From: a virus
Lineage: Duplodnaviria; Caudoviricetes
Virus record (IMG/VR): IMGVR_UViG_3300009509_000033
Coordinates: 1 to 55,205 of that record
Strand: one strand, 5' to 3'
DNA: 55,205 nt
Shown here: positions 27,474-37,360 of the stretch, one piece after another
How the letters are laid out: every line of letters begins with the position of its first letter
Position numbering within the stretch: position 1 is the first letter of the stretch
Made by a program: the position numbers and the translations under genes
Notes under the pieces: model-generated
Told to the model about the DNA's origin: nothing
The model's database searches: none
What the model saw: the letters and a program-made list of their open reading frames with translations, nothing else

Positions 27474-27770
27474 ATGAGCCTCGACTACCAGGAAGACCTC
27501 CTGCCCCCGGAACCAGGGGCGCCACGGTATCCGGACAAGCACGGCCCCGTCATCTTGAAGCCGTGCGAGGTGTTCGTCGGAGATGCCAAGATCGACAAGG
27601 CGCTCCGAAAACTCAAACGGAAGATGGCCGCAGAGGGTATCCTGAAGGAATTGAAGAGGAGGCGACGCGCGACCAAGCCGAGCGATCAGCGGCGAAGGAA
27701 GCGCATCGACGCGGCACGGAGACGACGGAAGCGCGAACGCGCTGCCGAGAAGGCGAGGAGAAAAGCGTGA
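27474..27770 (+). CDS. rpsU: phage-encoded 30S ribosomal protein bS21 with N-terminal extension
   Basis: V.V....IDKALRKLKRKMAAEGILKELKRRR...KPS..RRRKR..A.RR matches the bS21 pattern. Confidence 0.85.
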   Translation: MSLDYQEDLLPPEPGAPRYPDKHGPVILKPCEVFVGDAKIDKALRKLKRKMAAEGILKELKRRRRATKPSDQRRRKRIDAARRRRKRERAAEKARRKA

Positions 27771-28234
27771 GAGGGAACGGGAAGAGTTCGGAGTGCACAC
27801 CGATCAAGCACTGGGAGACGCTTGAGGTGCTCCACAGCGACACGCGGCGCGTTGGTCGGGACGACCTTGGGATCGTGATCGAGGTCCAGCGCCCCGTGTT
27901 CGAGGACGGTCGTACCGGCCGGGTGTCCATGGGGATGGTGATCCGCCGAGGCGAGAGGATGCTCCGCCTGTTCTGCCGAGACGGCTCGACGGACGAAATC
28001 TCCGCGCTTCGGGAGATGCTGGACGGGGTGCACGGGCTGGACGGGTTTACGGACCGCTTCGCTGAGCTACGAGCGGAGAACGACCCTCCCCCGCGCGAGC
28101 GTGAGAGCCGTCGGGAACGAGGTTCTGGACCGAAGCCAGGCGAGGTTGGCGGGGGCCTCAGTCGGTTCTCCGGTGAGTCCAAGCGGGACAAGCGCCGGAG
28201 GAAGCGTGAGGCTCGGGAGCGCGACCACGGATGA
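27767..28234 (+). CDS. hypothetical protein
   Basis: GTGA overlap with the bS21 stop; GAGGAG RBS. Confidence 0.65.
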   Translation: MRGNGKSSECTPIKHWETLEVLHSDTRRVGRDDLGIVIEVQRPVFEDGRTGRVSMGMVIRRGERMLRLFCRDGSTDEISALREMLDGVHGLDGFTDRFAELRAENDPPPRERESRRERGSGPKPGEVGGGLSRFSGESKRDKRRRKREARERDHG

Positions 28235-28506
28235 AAGAGCACGACCTCAAGACCTGGCCCAATGAGTTTTCCGCCGTGGCGCACGGGGAGAAGCGGTTCG
28301 AGTGGCGCCGGGACGATGGTCGGGGCTTCGAGGTCGGGGACGTGCTCATCCTACACGAATGGGAGCCGACTCCGGGGGAGTACACTGGGCGCGTCCTCCG
28401 GGCTCACGTGACCTACCTGCTCCGGGGGCCTGCCTTCGATGTGCCTCCCGGCTACGTGGTCATGTCCATCCTGCCCGATCCAATGGGGGAGCCATGGGTA
28501 ACATAG
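28231..28506 (+). CDS. ASCH/PUA-like (DUF3850-type) protein
   Basis: HDLKTWP..F.AV..GEKRFEWR.DD.RGFEVGDVL.L.EW, YTGR, GYVVMSI. Confidence 0.85.
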   Translation: MKEHDLKTWPNEFSAVAHGEKRFEWRRDDGRGFEVGDVLILHEWEPTPGEYTGRVLRAHVTYLLRGPAFDVPPGYVVMSILPDPMGEPWVT

Positions 28507-28733
28507 GACCGGACCTCACCCCCGAGGAGATGAGGCGGGAGTACGCGGAAGCGATCCGAGTCATCGCCCAGCTTCGGGCTGAGGCCGACGCTGCCAAGAG
28601 CAAGGCTGCGCGGTGGAAGGAGCTGTACGAGTCAGCCCTCACCATCGTTCGCCGCTACCAGGCCGAGCGGGAGAGATTTCTGGCCCGCGTCGAGGCCGCG
28701 CTCCTCGGGATCGCCTCCACCTCTGAGGACTGA
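28494..28733 (+). CDS. small coiled-coil hypothetical protein
   Basis: GGGGAG RBS; ATG at 28494. Confidence 0.6.
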   Translation: MGNIGPDLTPEEMRREYAEAIRVIAQLRAEADAAKSKAARWKELYESALTIVRRYQAERERFLARVEAALLGIASTSED

Positions 28734-28782
28734 CATGCACCTACACTATCCGACAAAAATGCACGAGGGGCAACGTTTGCTC

Positions 28783-28811
28783 TTGACGGGGCTCCGGGGC
28801 TGAGGTAGGCT
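28783..28811 (+). promoter_or_regulatory. sigma70-like promoter
   Basis: TTGACG-17nt-TAGGCT. Confidence 0.65.
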
Positions 28812-28852
28812 GGTACTCAGATGGCGGATGGGTTCCGCCAAGGAGGCCGAGG

Positions 28853-29575
28853 ATGCAGGCACAGACGAACCACGACGAGCCCTACAAGTACCAGCCGGTG
28901 ATCCGCCACATCACGAACGAGAACGTGCACAAGCACGGAGTGTGGGCCGTCGTCATCCACACGATGATCATGAACGCGCGACGCGCGATGAGGCGTTGGG
29001 AGGAGGCGGCGTTCGACGCGGCTCACGCGGCGGGCGCGAAGGGGCTCGACGAGTCGGAGGACCCGATCGCTGTTCGGACGTACTCCACCCTTCGTCGGTA
29101 CAGGAAGGACGTTGGTCGTCTGGAGATGATGCTCGCTCTGGAAGTCGCCAAGCGCGACATGGCCCATCTCGACGACGAGATCGTCTCGTGCTTCAAGAAG
29201 GACACGGCGCACATGGAGGACACGATCGTCCGTCGCCTCTTCAAGAGTGGGCCGTGTAGCGTCGACTGGGACTGGACGCGCTTCGTCCAGGCACGCCTGG
29301 AGAGGATGCGGAAGGCCGGACGGCTCGACATGAGCTACGGCTTCGGCCGCGAGCAGACCAAGTGGTATGTGGTCACTCCCAAGGTGCTCGCCGACCGGAA
29401 GGCCGCGAAGGAGCGACGCGCGAAGGAGGCGGCCAAGCGGGATGTCCGTCGGGCGCGCGAGAAGGCCGTGGTGGCGTTCTTGGAGGAGAAGGGCATCCGC
29501 GCGACGGCCGAGTACGGGCAGGTCACGCTGAACCTGAAGGCCATGGAGACGCTCCTCGGTCTCACGGGGAAGTAG
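28853..29575 (+). CDS. hypothetical protein
   Basis: AAGGAGG RBS; coding-like composition. Confidence 0.75.
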   Translation: MQAQTNHDEPYKYQPVIRHITNENVHKHGVWAVVIHTMIMNARRAMRRWEEAAFDAAHAAGAKGLDESEDPIAVRTYSTLRRYRKDVGRLEMMLALEVAKRDMAHLDDEIVSCFKKDTAHMEDTIVRRLFKSGPCSVDWDWTRFVQARLERMRKAGRLDMSYGFGREQTKWYVVTPKVLADRKAAKERRAKEAAKRDVRRAREKAVVAFLEEKGIRATAEYGQVTLNLKAMETLLGLTGK

Positions 29576-29652
29576 GGGCGTGTAATCTTCGCCCCGGGAG
29601 GCCGGGGCTCGTCTGATGAACGTGTGGCCGAAGTGTCGGCCAAGGAGGAGAG

Positions 29653-30312
29653 ATGCCGCGAGTCAACACGGTGCAGAAGGCGCGCAAGGCGCAGGGCAGG
29701 TGTGGTCGCTGTGGGGCCGAGATCGGCGTGGGCGACGGGTACAGGTGGATCAAGTTCCGTCACGGGGGCCGGCGCGTGCGGTGCCTCAAGTCCGAGTGCC
29801 GGTTCCGCGAGAGCGACCTCACGCAGTCCAAGATGTCGGCCGTCTACGCCGCGCAGGAGAACGTGGAGGACAGCATCGGCGACTGCGAGTCGATCGCCGA
29901 CCTGAAGGCGCTGGCCGAGGAGACCGCCGAGTCCGTCCGCGAGGTGTCGCAGGAGTACCAGGAAGCGGCCGACAACATCCACGACTCGTTCAGCGAGTCC
30001 GCGACCGCCGACGAGTGCGAAGAGAAGGCGCAGGAGTTGGAAAGCTGGGCTGACGAGATCGAGAACGCCCTGGACGAGTTCGGGGACGAGTTCGAGCCGA
30101 CCCAGGTGGACGACCCCGAGTGCCCCAAGTGCGGCGGCCCCATGACCGAGCGCGAGGGCGACGACGGGACGTGGGACTGCAACGACGCGGAGTGCGGGAA
30201 GCGCGGCATCACCTTCGAGAACGACAAGGACGACGAGGGCCGGACCGAGGACGAGTGGCTGGACGCCGCTCGTGAGACCCTGGAGAGCATCGTCTCCGAG
30301 TGCCCCATCTGA
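29653..30312 (+). CDS. Zn-binding, acidic coiled-coil hypothetical protein
   Basis: AGGAGG RBS; CGRC and CPKC motifs. Confidence 0.75.
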   Translation: MPRVNTVQKARKAQGRCGRCGAEIGVGDGYRWIKFRHGGRRVRCLKSECRFRESDLTQSKMSAVYAAQENVEDSIGDCESIADLKALAEETAESVREVSQEYQEAADNIHDSFSESATADECEEKAQELESWADEIENALDEFGDEFEPTQVDDPECPKCGGPMTEREGDDGTWDCNDAECGKRGITFENDKDDEGRTEDEWLDAARETLESIVSECPI

Positions 30313-30411
30313 CCCCGCCCCGAGCCCTTCGAGCCCTCCTAGACCCCTCTCAGCCTCACGACGAGCCCCTCTAGCTGGCCACGCCTGCCAGGTTGCTCTA
30401 TGATGGTCAAG

Positions 30412-31065
30412 ATGGGCAAGAGACGATCGCACAAGCCTCCGGGCCGAGACACCAGGTTCAAGAAGCTGAGGGCGCTCGCCTGCTACCAAGAGGTCTACGA
30501 GCGCATCTGCGCCGGCTGGCCGCTGGCACAGGTGGCGAGGTTCGTCCAAGAGGAGCGCCGCGAGTACACCTCAATCTCCCGTCACGGCCTCGAACAGCAG
30601 TTGGCCGACTTCCGGAAGACGATGCCTCCGGGGGACCTCGTGGCCAAGCGCTTCCCCGAGGTCTTCGATCAGGCCAAGGAGGCGGTCGAGAAGGGCATCG
30701 ACGAGCTGGCCGAGTTGGAGGAGCTGTACCGACTCCAGATGCACCGCATCGGGATCGACTTCGCCACGGAGAAGGGGATCGGCAAGCTCATGCCGTCGAT
30801 GACGGCGGAGATCCGGGAGGCCCGGAACCTTCTGGAGAGCATGGCCAACCTGAAGATGGAGATGGGCGTCCTCTCGCGCGCACCCAAGGGCGTGGACGTG
30901 AGTGTCGGTGTCGAGGTGGAGGCCACGCTGAGCGACGACCTCATGGCGCGCTTCGGGGACGGGGCTGTCGGGAAGGTGCTTCAGGACCCGGAGTCCCGCC
31001 GCAAGGTGATGGGGGTCGTGGAGCGCTTCCTGAAGTTGCCCGCTGCCTCCGAGGAAGTCCACTAG
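30412..31065 (+). CDS. putative terminase small subunit
   Basis: directly upstream of TerL; N-terminal HTH-like segment and helical body; TGGCCA-17-TATGAT promoter lies 7 nt before the ATG at 30412. Confidence 0.5.
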   Translation: MGKRRSHKPPGRDTRFKKLRALACYQEVYERICAGWPLAQVARFVQEERREYTSISRHGLEQQLADFRKTMPPGDLVAKRFPEVFDQAKEAVEKGIDELAELEELYRLQMHRIGIDFATEKGIGKLMPSMTAEIREARNLLESMANLKMEMGVLSRAPKGVDVSVGVEVEATLSDDLMARFGDGAVGKVLQDPESRRKVMGVVERFLKLPAASEEVH

Positions 31066-31074
31066 GCTCTCCTC

Positions 31075-33093
31075 ATGATCGAGTACGAGAACGGCCACTG
31101 GCGGTCGGCACGGACGCCGCAGGAGAAGACCGGGCTCCTAGAGCGGGACCTGGAAACTCTCACGCCAGAGGAGCGCACGACGATCGAACTCATCATGCAG
31201 GAACTCGCCAACCCGGAGGAGTCGGCCGGGCTCCTACGGACGATCGGCAACCTGGAGTGGGTTCGGACTCCGGTGGACATGCAGACGTTCGTGATGGACC
31301 CCTACTACCTGGGGAACACCTGCGACAACCTGTACCCGCTCCTCCTCGAAGACCTAACGACCCTTTTCGACGAGGGCTACAGGGAGGCGATCTTCACGGG
31401 TGCCATCGGGTGGGGAAAGACGTTCGGGGCGTCCATCGGCATCTGCCGGCTGCTCTACATCCTGTCGTGCATGAGGGACCCTCACCGCTCGTTCGGGATC
31501 GCGGCCAACTCGAACATCTCCATCGTCTGCCTCTCGGTCAACGAGATCCTGGCCACCAAGGTCGCCTACGAGAACATCGCCACCAAGATCGAAGCGAGCC
31601 CCTACTTCCAGGAAAACTTCCCTTTCGAGAAGACCAAGAAGGAGCTTCGGTTCCCTCGGAAGGTGTGGGTTGCGGCTCGGGCCTCGAATGACGGCTCCGT
31701 GCTCGGTCTGAACGTGATCGGCGGGCTGCTCGACGAGACCAACTTCATGCCCAAGGCGTCCAAGGGGCAGGACCCTCGGTTCAACCTACAGGACCGGGCC
31801 GAGGTGCTCTACAACGCCATGCAGCGCCGGATGAAGTCCCGGTTCGAGCGCAAGGGGCGACTCCCTGGCATCCTGTTCGTCGTCTCCTCGAAGCAGACCA
31901 ACGACGACTTCACGGCGAAGCGGATCAAGGAGTCGATCAAGGACCCGACGGTGTTCGTTCGGGACTACGCTCTGTGGGACGTGAAGCCGGACATCTACTA
32001 CTCCGGGGACTGGTTCCACGTTGTCGTTGGAAACGAGCAAGCTCCTAGCCGAATCATCGACACGGACGAGGACTTGGACGAGGTTCGGGTCACCCTCCCC
32101 GAGGACTGTGTGATCATCTCCGTCCCCGAGGACTTCCGAGGGGACTTCGAGAACGACCTCGAAGGGGCCATTCGCGACCTTGCTGGAGTGGCTACTGTCT
32201 CGGTGAGTCCCTACATCCAACGCCGGACCAAGATCATCGACGCCATCCGGAAGGACTTGAGACACCCATTCAGCACGGAGATCTACGACCCCTCTCAGCC
32301 TGGCCGGTTCTACTGGCACAAGATGTTGCGCCCGGCGAAGGATGCGGAGGCCGGTCAACGGCCGATCCTGAACCCATACGCTCCTCGGCATATCCACATC
32401 GACCCGTCCCTGACAGGCGACTCGACAGGCTTCGCGATGGGACACATCTCCGGCTGGCGAGAGGTGGTCCGTCGCGACGACGAGGGGAACAAGTATCCCG
32501 AGCGCGCCCCCGAGGTGACGTTCGATGTGATACTGAAGATCGTCCCACCGATTGGAGGGGAGATCATCCTTGGGGAGGTCCGAAAACTCGTCTACCAGTT
32601 GAGCAAGCACGGGTACATGATCACCTGCGTCTCGATCGACTCGTGGAACTCGGCTGACGCGATCCAGAAGTTGAACCAGCGTGGCTTCAACGCGATGCAG
32701 TTGTCTGTGGATCGGACGATGGGTCCCTACGACCTGCTCAAGACCGGGCTCTATGAGGACCGGGTGTACTACTACGAGTACGAGCCCCTTCTTCAGGAGC
32801 TACGCGAGTTGGAGCACGACCGCTTGAAGCGGAAAGTGGACCACCCCTTGAGAGGCTCGAAGGACGTCGCGGACGCGGTGGCCGGGGTGATGTGGACGCT
32901 CACAGAAAACTCCTCGGCGCTCCCGTTGGCGATCCTCCGCAGCGCGCGGGACGATGGGGATGCGTGGATGCAGGAGCACCAGCAAGCGGCACTAGCTCGG
33001 AGCTATGGGAGCGAGGACGTGGCCGAGATGTCTGAAGACGTTACGGCTTTGCCTCCATTTCTGATAGGCTCTGGGGGCAGTTGGGGAGACTGA
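31075..33093 (+). CDS. terL: terminase large subunit
   Basis: Walker A GAIGWGKT, Walker B GGLLDE, RNase H-like HIHIDPS and KDVADAV. Confidence 0.9.
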   Translation: MIEYENGHWRSARTPQEKTGLLERDLETLTPEERTTIELIMQELANPEESAGLLRTIGNLEWVRTPVDMQTFVMDPYYLGNTCDNLYPLLLEDLTTLFDEGYREAIFTGAIGWGKTFGASIGICRLLYILSCMRDPHRSFGIAANSNISIVCLSVNEILATKVAYENIATKIEASPYFQENFPFEKTKKELRFPRKVWVAARASNDGSVLGLNVIGGLLDETNFMPKASKGQDPRFNLQDRAEVLYNAMQRRMKSRFERKGRLPGILFVVSSKQTNDDFTAKRIKESIKDPTVFVRDYALWDVKPDIYYSGDWFHVVVGNEQAPSRIIDTDEDLDEVRVTLPEDCVIISVPEDFRGDFENDLEGAIRDLAGVATVSVSPYIQRRTKIIDAIRKDLRHPFSTEIYDPSQPGRFYWHKMLRPAKDAEAGQRPILNPYAPRHIHIDPSLTGDSTGFAMGHISGWREVVRRDDEGNKYPERAPEVTFDVILKIVPPIGGEIILGEVRKLVYQLSKHGYMITCVSIDSWNSADAIQKLNQRGFNAMQLSVDRTMGPYDLLKTGLYEDRVYYYEYEPLLQELRELEHDRLKRKVDHPLRGSKDVADAVAGVMWTLTENSSALPLAILRSARDDGDAWMQEHQQAALARSYGSEDVAEMSEDVTALPPFLIGSGGSWGD

Positions 33094-33132
33094 TCGGTTT
33101 CCAGGTCTCTCGGCACGTGGTATTAGAACAAC

Positions 33133-33471
33133 ATGGACAGCCTGCTCCAACAACTCACAGAGGTCTTCGGAGGCGACATGAACGTGGCCCCCGGAGGTAC
33201 GGGTGCTGTGCTGACTCGGCCCTCAAAGCTGTCCTTGGAGGTGGCGCAGCAAGCCGTTCGGTCCATGCCGATCGACGGTCTGTACCGGGATGTGGGAGCT
33301 GTTGCAGCGCGGGTCCTGGCCGACGAGTTGGAGAGCCGATCTCTCCGGCCGGCGGACTACGCTAACCTCCCCGACCTACCGAAGGTGGTGGCGAAGAGGA
33401 TCGTCGGCTACCTTCTCCGGTCGGAGGAGTTTGCTCGGTCGTTCTCCGAGCACCTTGCCGCGAGGGGATAG
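33133..33471 (+). CDS. hypothetical protein in the head module
   Basis: stop overlaps the portal GTG. Confidence 0.65.
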   Translation: MDSLLQQLTEVFGGDMNVAPGGTGAVLTRPSKLSLEVAQQAVRSMPIDGLYRDVGAVAARVLADELESRSLRPADYANLPDLPKVVAKRIVGYLLRSEEFARSFSEHLAARG

Positions 33472-35255
33472 TGGGCGCCGTACAGAACGTCATCGATCGC
33501 CTCCGTGGCGCGTTCATCGCCGACAAGGAACGGGGAGGGGAGCTACTCGCCAAGGGAAGCACCTCTCCGACCTACCCTGATTCTGGGTACGACCTGCTCC
33601 AAGCCTACGGGTACGACGCCCTCTCGGACTACCTTCGGTTGGAGCACGATCTCCTGTCCCGCTACGTGGACTACGAGGAGATGGACGACTACCCGGAGAT
33701 CGCCTCCTCCATCGACATCTACGCCGACGACGCTTCACAGCCCGACACGCAACTCCAGCGGACGGTGTGGGTGTCGAGCCCAGACAAGACCCTTCAGGGT
33801 GTGCTCGACGACCTGTTCCACAAGCGGCTTCGCCTGGACGAGGAGATCTGGGAGATTGTCCGCTCGCTTGTGAAGTACGGGAACGACTACGAGGAGATGC
33901 TCGTCACCCAAGAAGGTGTCGTCGGGCTGAACTTCCTTCCGGCGCCGACCGTGCGCCGCGTGGAAGGCCCACGTGGGGAGCTGTACGGGTTCGTGCAGGA
34001 CTTCAAGGGCCGGTTCGGCTACTCCCCGCAGGAATTCCAGAAGATCCTGGCTCAGCGGACCGACGCCATTCGCCAGACGCTTCAACCCGGGGTCGCGCGT
34101 GTGCCCGGGAACATCCTCCAGCGCGTCTCTGCGTTGGAGCCGTGGGAGGTGGCCCACTTCCGTCTGCGAGGGAAGCACCGCCGCAGCGTGTACGGCTACT
34201 CGGTCTTGGAGCCGGCCCGGTGGATATGGAAGCGGCTCATGCTGCTCGAAGACGCTGCGATGATCTACCGACTCCAGCGCGCTCCCGAGCGGTACGCCTT
34301 CTATGTGGACGTCGGCGACCTTCCCCCTGGGGAGGCTCTGGCGTTCGTGAACAAGATCCGGCAGCAGCACAAGAAGAAGCGCTACGTCAACCCCTCCACT
34401 GGAAAACTCGATCTGAAATTCGAGCCCCTGTCCCAGGACGACGACTTCTGGGTCCCTGTCCGGAAGGGAGTAGAGGGGACGAGGATCGAGGTGCTCGGCG
34501 GCCCGTCCTGGCAGCACATGGACGACGTAGAGTATTTCCAGACCAAGTTGTTCACCGCAGTGAAGGTGCCCAAGGCGTACCTGGCTCAGGATGAGAATAC
34601 GGCTCGGGCCGTGCTCTCCAGCGAAGACGTCCGGTTCGCCCGCTCGGTGCTTCGCGTTCAGCGAGAGGTCCGCAACGGCCTTCGCAAGGTGACCCGGACA
34701 CACCTCGCCGCGCTCAACATCGACCCCTACGCGACCGAGTACACCATCCACATGACCGTGCCCTCGGCCATTTTCGAGTTGGCCCAGCTTGAGGTGCGGA
34801 ACGCGCGAGCCGACCTGGCATCTCGGATGCGAGAGCACGTCTCGCTTCGGTGGGTGCTGGAGAACGTCTACCAGCTCTCGGATGAGGATATCAAGATCAT
34901 CATCCAAGAACGCTCGGAGGATGTCATTCGGGAGGGGAAAGCGCAGGCCGAGGTCGAAAAACTCAGCGCCATGGCCCAGGCTGCCGCAGAGCGGGGCGCC
35001 GGAGGGGCACCTGGAGTGGAGTCCCTCGGCGCTCCTTCTGGGATGAGGGTTCTCGAACGGAAGCTGGCCGCCATTCCGCGTCAACTGCGCGGCATGATCA
35101 CGGAGAAGGAGCTTCTGAGAGGGAGTCGCGAAGCCGAGAAGAGGGCAGAGGAGAAGCTGAATCGCATCCTCCGATCGAACGACGTGAACACCCGTCGTCT
35201 GAAGGAGAGCATCTCTCTGCTCCGCGAAGTCGTGGCGGCCGGTCGAGGTCGCTGA
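33471..35255 (+). CDS. T4 gp20-like portal protein
   Basis: PEIASSIDIYADDA, LEDAAMIYRLQRAPERYAFYVDVGDLP, DDFWVPVR.G..GTRIEVLGG, KVPKAYL. Confidence 0.93.
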   Translation: MGAVQNVIDRLRGAFIADKERGGELLAKGSTSPTYPDSGYDLLQAYGYDALSDYLRLEHDLLSRYVDYEEMDDYPEIASSIDIYADDASQPDTQLQRTVWVSSPDKTLQGVLDDLFHKRLRLDEEIWEIVRSLVKYGNDYEEMLVTQEGVVGLNFLPAPTVRRVEGPRGELYGFVQDFKGRFGYSPQEFQKILAQRTDAIRQTLQPGVARVPGNILQRVSALEPWEVAHFRLRGKHRRSVYGYSVLEPARWIWKRLMLLEDAAMIYRLQRAPERYAFYVDVGDLPPGEALAFVNKIRQQHKKKRYVNPSTGKLDLKFEPLSQDDDFWVPVRKGVEGTRIEVLGGPSWQHMDDVEYFQTKLFTAVKVPKAYLAQDENTARAVLSSEDVRFARSVLRVQREVRNGLRKVTRTHLAALNIDPYATEYTIHMTVPSAIFELAQLEVRNARADLASRMREHVSLRWVLENVYQLSDEDIKIIIQERSEDVIREGKAQAEVEKLSAMAQAAAERGAGGAPGVESLGAPSGMRVLERKLAAIPRQLRGMITEKELLRGSREAEKRAEEKLNRILRSNDVNTRRLKESISLLREVVAAGRGR

Positions 35256-35293
35256 TTTGACTTTCGTTTGACAGAGGGTTCGAGGAGCAGCTA

Positions 35294-36187
35294 GTGTCGG
35301 CCAAGATGATCGAGCGTTCCAACAAACTCCTTCCCGGGACTGAGCTACGGAGGCTCCGCATGGGGAGCTACGAGTCTCGGATCGAGGAGACGGTTCGCAC
35401 GGTCCGGGCCTTGTTGGGGGAGACGCCGTTCGAGGTCGTTTCCACAAGGGACGATGGGGCGATTGTCTTCTCGGATGGGAAGTTCCTCCGGTTGGAGCTG
35501 ACCGAGGAGGGACCGACGCTCTCCGATCTTGACGTCGAGATGTTCGACACGACCACCCTCTACGCATTCGTGGAGCGCGAGGCCGAGGTCGTGGCCGATC
35601 TGTTCCTTCACGGGTCGATGAAGTCGGCCGTTTCGCGACTTGAGAACCTGGTTCCGTTGGCGGCGATTCCGGACAGAGAGGTCGCTCGGGCTGAGGCCCT
35701 GATCGCGGCTCAGCGTCCATGGAAGCGCCTCTTCGAGGCCCGACGTGAGGCCATCATGGCTTTCCTGGGGGACGCGACCGTAGTGCTCGAAGAGGGCCGG
35801 TTGCGCCTCAAGTTGGGGAAGTTGTATGATGAGTCGATCGAAGAGGGCAAACTCGATGGCTTCGAGGATCGAGTAGCAGAGGTTCTTAGGATCGTGGTCG
35901 AGAGAATCGAAGAGGCTCGGGACGAGGTGGAGGCGGCACTTCTGGCAGCAGAGGCCCCTCTCTCCGAGGCCACGGAGCCCGTCTCTGTCACATTCAGGCA
36001 GTTCGCCCACGACCTTCTCGCCGATCTGCGTGTGCTATGCGACTCAAGTTCCCATGCAATCGAGGTGGTGGACGATATCCGTGCTCGTGGTAAACTCTGC
36101 GACACGCTTGTCGAGGGGTTGTACGATCGTGAGGTCGCCAGCCGCTTCGTCGTCGTAGTGGCCGATAGAATGGTCGAGGCCAGCTAG
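35294..36187 (+). CDS. hypothetical head-module protein
   Basis: GAGGAG RBS, GTG start; lies between the portal and the protease. Confidence 0.7.
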   Translation: MSAKMIERSNKLLPGTELRRLRMGSYESRIEETVRTVRALLGETPFEVVSTRDDGAIVFSDGKFLRLELTEEGPTLSDLDVEMFDTTTLYAFVEREAEVVADLFLHGSMKSAVSRLENLVPLAAIPDREVARAEALIAAQRPWKRLFEARREAIMAFLGDATVVLEEGRLRLKLGKLYDESIEEGKLDGFEDRVAEVLRIVVERIEEARDEVEAALLAAEAPLSEATEPVSVTFRQFAHDLLADLRVLCDSSSHAIEVVDDIRARGKLCDTLVEGLYDREVASRFVVVVADRMVEAS

Positions 36188-36197
36188 GAGGATCGAG

Positions 36198-37127
36198 ATG
36201 ACTTTGCTCAGGCACCCGGTGGTGATCACCTCCCTGGAGGAGGACTTCCGGAAGATCGGCCTCATCACGGAGGCCCGCGACGAGAACGCCGACGTGGAGG
36301 ACGTGGAGGACGACGCCGAGGACACCGAAGAGGTGGACGAGTCGTCGTGCGGGTCCAAGAAGGGCAAGAAGGGCAAGAAGCCCCCCATGTCCATGGAGTC
36401 CGAGGACGACGAGGACGACGAGAGCGTCGATGAGTCCGAGGGCGAGGACGACGAGGACAACGAGGCCATGGCCGAGGCCGTCGCCTTCCACGAGAGCGCG
36501 AAGCAGATGTGGGAGGAGATGGGAGCGGCCGGTGTCGAGACCATCACGCTCGACGAGGAGGACATGGCCGAGTTGGAGTCCATGGCCGGCTCCATCACGG
36601 AGCTTCCCCTCGAAGTCATCGGCGAGGATTCCTTCGGCGATGAGGACGGGGAGGAGTTCGTCGAGGACGAGGGCGAGGAGGACGACGAGGCGTCGCCGTC
36701 TCCCTTCGAGTCGGTCGCCGAGGCCATGAGCACCATCGAGTCCATCCTGGACGAGGACACCGCTCCCCCGTCGTCGCTCGAAGAGGCGACCCCGGCGTTC
36801 GCCAACCTCGCGCTCATCTCGGAGAAGCTGTTCGGCTTCTTCGCCGAGCTGTCCGAGGCCCAAGAGGACGCGGAGTACGGGGAGATTGCCGAGGCGTACA
36901 AGAACATCGCGCAGTACGCGGCGGCGATCGTGGACACCCTCCAGAAGGAGGACGAGTCCACCATCAACTTCGATGCGCTCACCGAGACCTTCCAAGAGTA
37001 CCTCGGGACGGTCCTGCAAGGACTGGAGACCTACGCCATCCTTCGGGAGGCGGACGAGGGAGACGAGGAGGGCGAAGAGGGCGAGGAGCAGGACGAGGGC
37101 GAGGAGCAGGACGAGGGAAACGAGTAG
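36198..37127 (+). CDS. very acidic prohead core/scaffold-like protein
   Basis: AGGAGG RBS; extremely E/D-rich; lies before the protease; ends at slippery G GGA AAC. Confidence 0.7.
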   Translation: MTLLRHPVVITSLEEDFRKIGLITEARDENADVEDVEDDAEDTEEVDESSCGSKKGKKGKKPPMSMESEDDEDDESVDESEGEDDEDNEAMAEAVAFHESAKQMWEEMGAAGVETITLDEEDMAELESMAGSITELPLEVIGEDSFGDEDGEEFVEDEGEEDDEASPSPFESVAEAMSTIESILDEDTAPPSSLEEATPAFANLALISEKLFGFFAELSEAQEDAEYGEIAEAYKNIAQYAAAIVDTLQKEDESTINFDALTETFQEYLGTVLQGLETYAILREADEGDEEGEEGEEQDEGEEQDEGNE

Positions 37128-37360
37128 AGCGGCGACGGCCGCTCCCGCCTCATAAGGGTGGGTCGTGGCGCCGCCGCAGAACAGCGTATTCCTCGGGGAG
37201 ACGAGAAGTGATCGGAGTCGAGAAGAGTCCAGTGAAGCGGAAGACGCGGACAGTCGGTCCGGCCGGCTCCGTGCTCGACCGTCCTGGGCTCGGGGGCGTG
37301 CTCGACACCATCGTCGGCCGCACCCCGTTCCGGTCCAACTTCCGATGGAAGAGGTCGTGA
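37115..37360 (+). other. putative -1 programmed frameshift site and 79-codon extension frame
   Basis: in-phase G GGA AAC (37115-37121), a hairpin 5 nt downstream, and a -1 frame open to TGA 37358-37360 overlapping the protease ATG. Confidence 0.6.

Noticed and set aside
29591-29645. CTGATGA flanked by two hairpins, suggesting a hammerhead ribozyme
   Set aside because: No stem II directly after CUGAUGA and no GAAA/NUH core; more likely ordinary leader hairpins.
37165-37359. 65-aa N-terminal extension of the prohead protease given by the ORF track
   Set aside because: The translation looks non-coding; ATG 37360 has an RBS and TGATG coupling, and the -1 frame explains the interval better.
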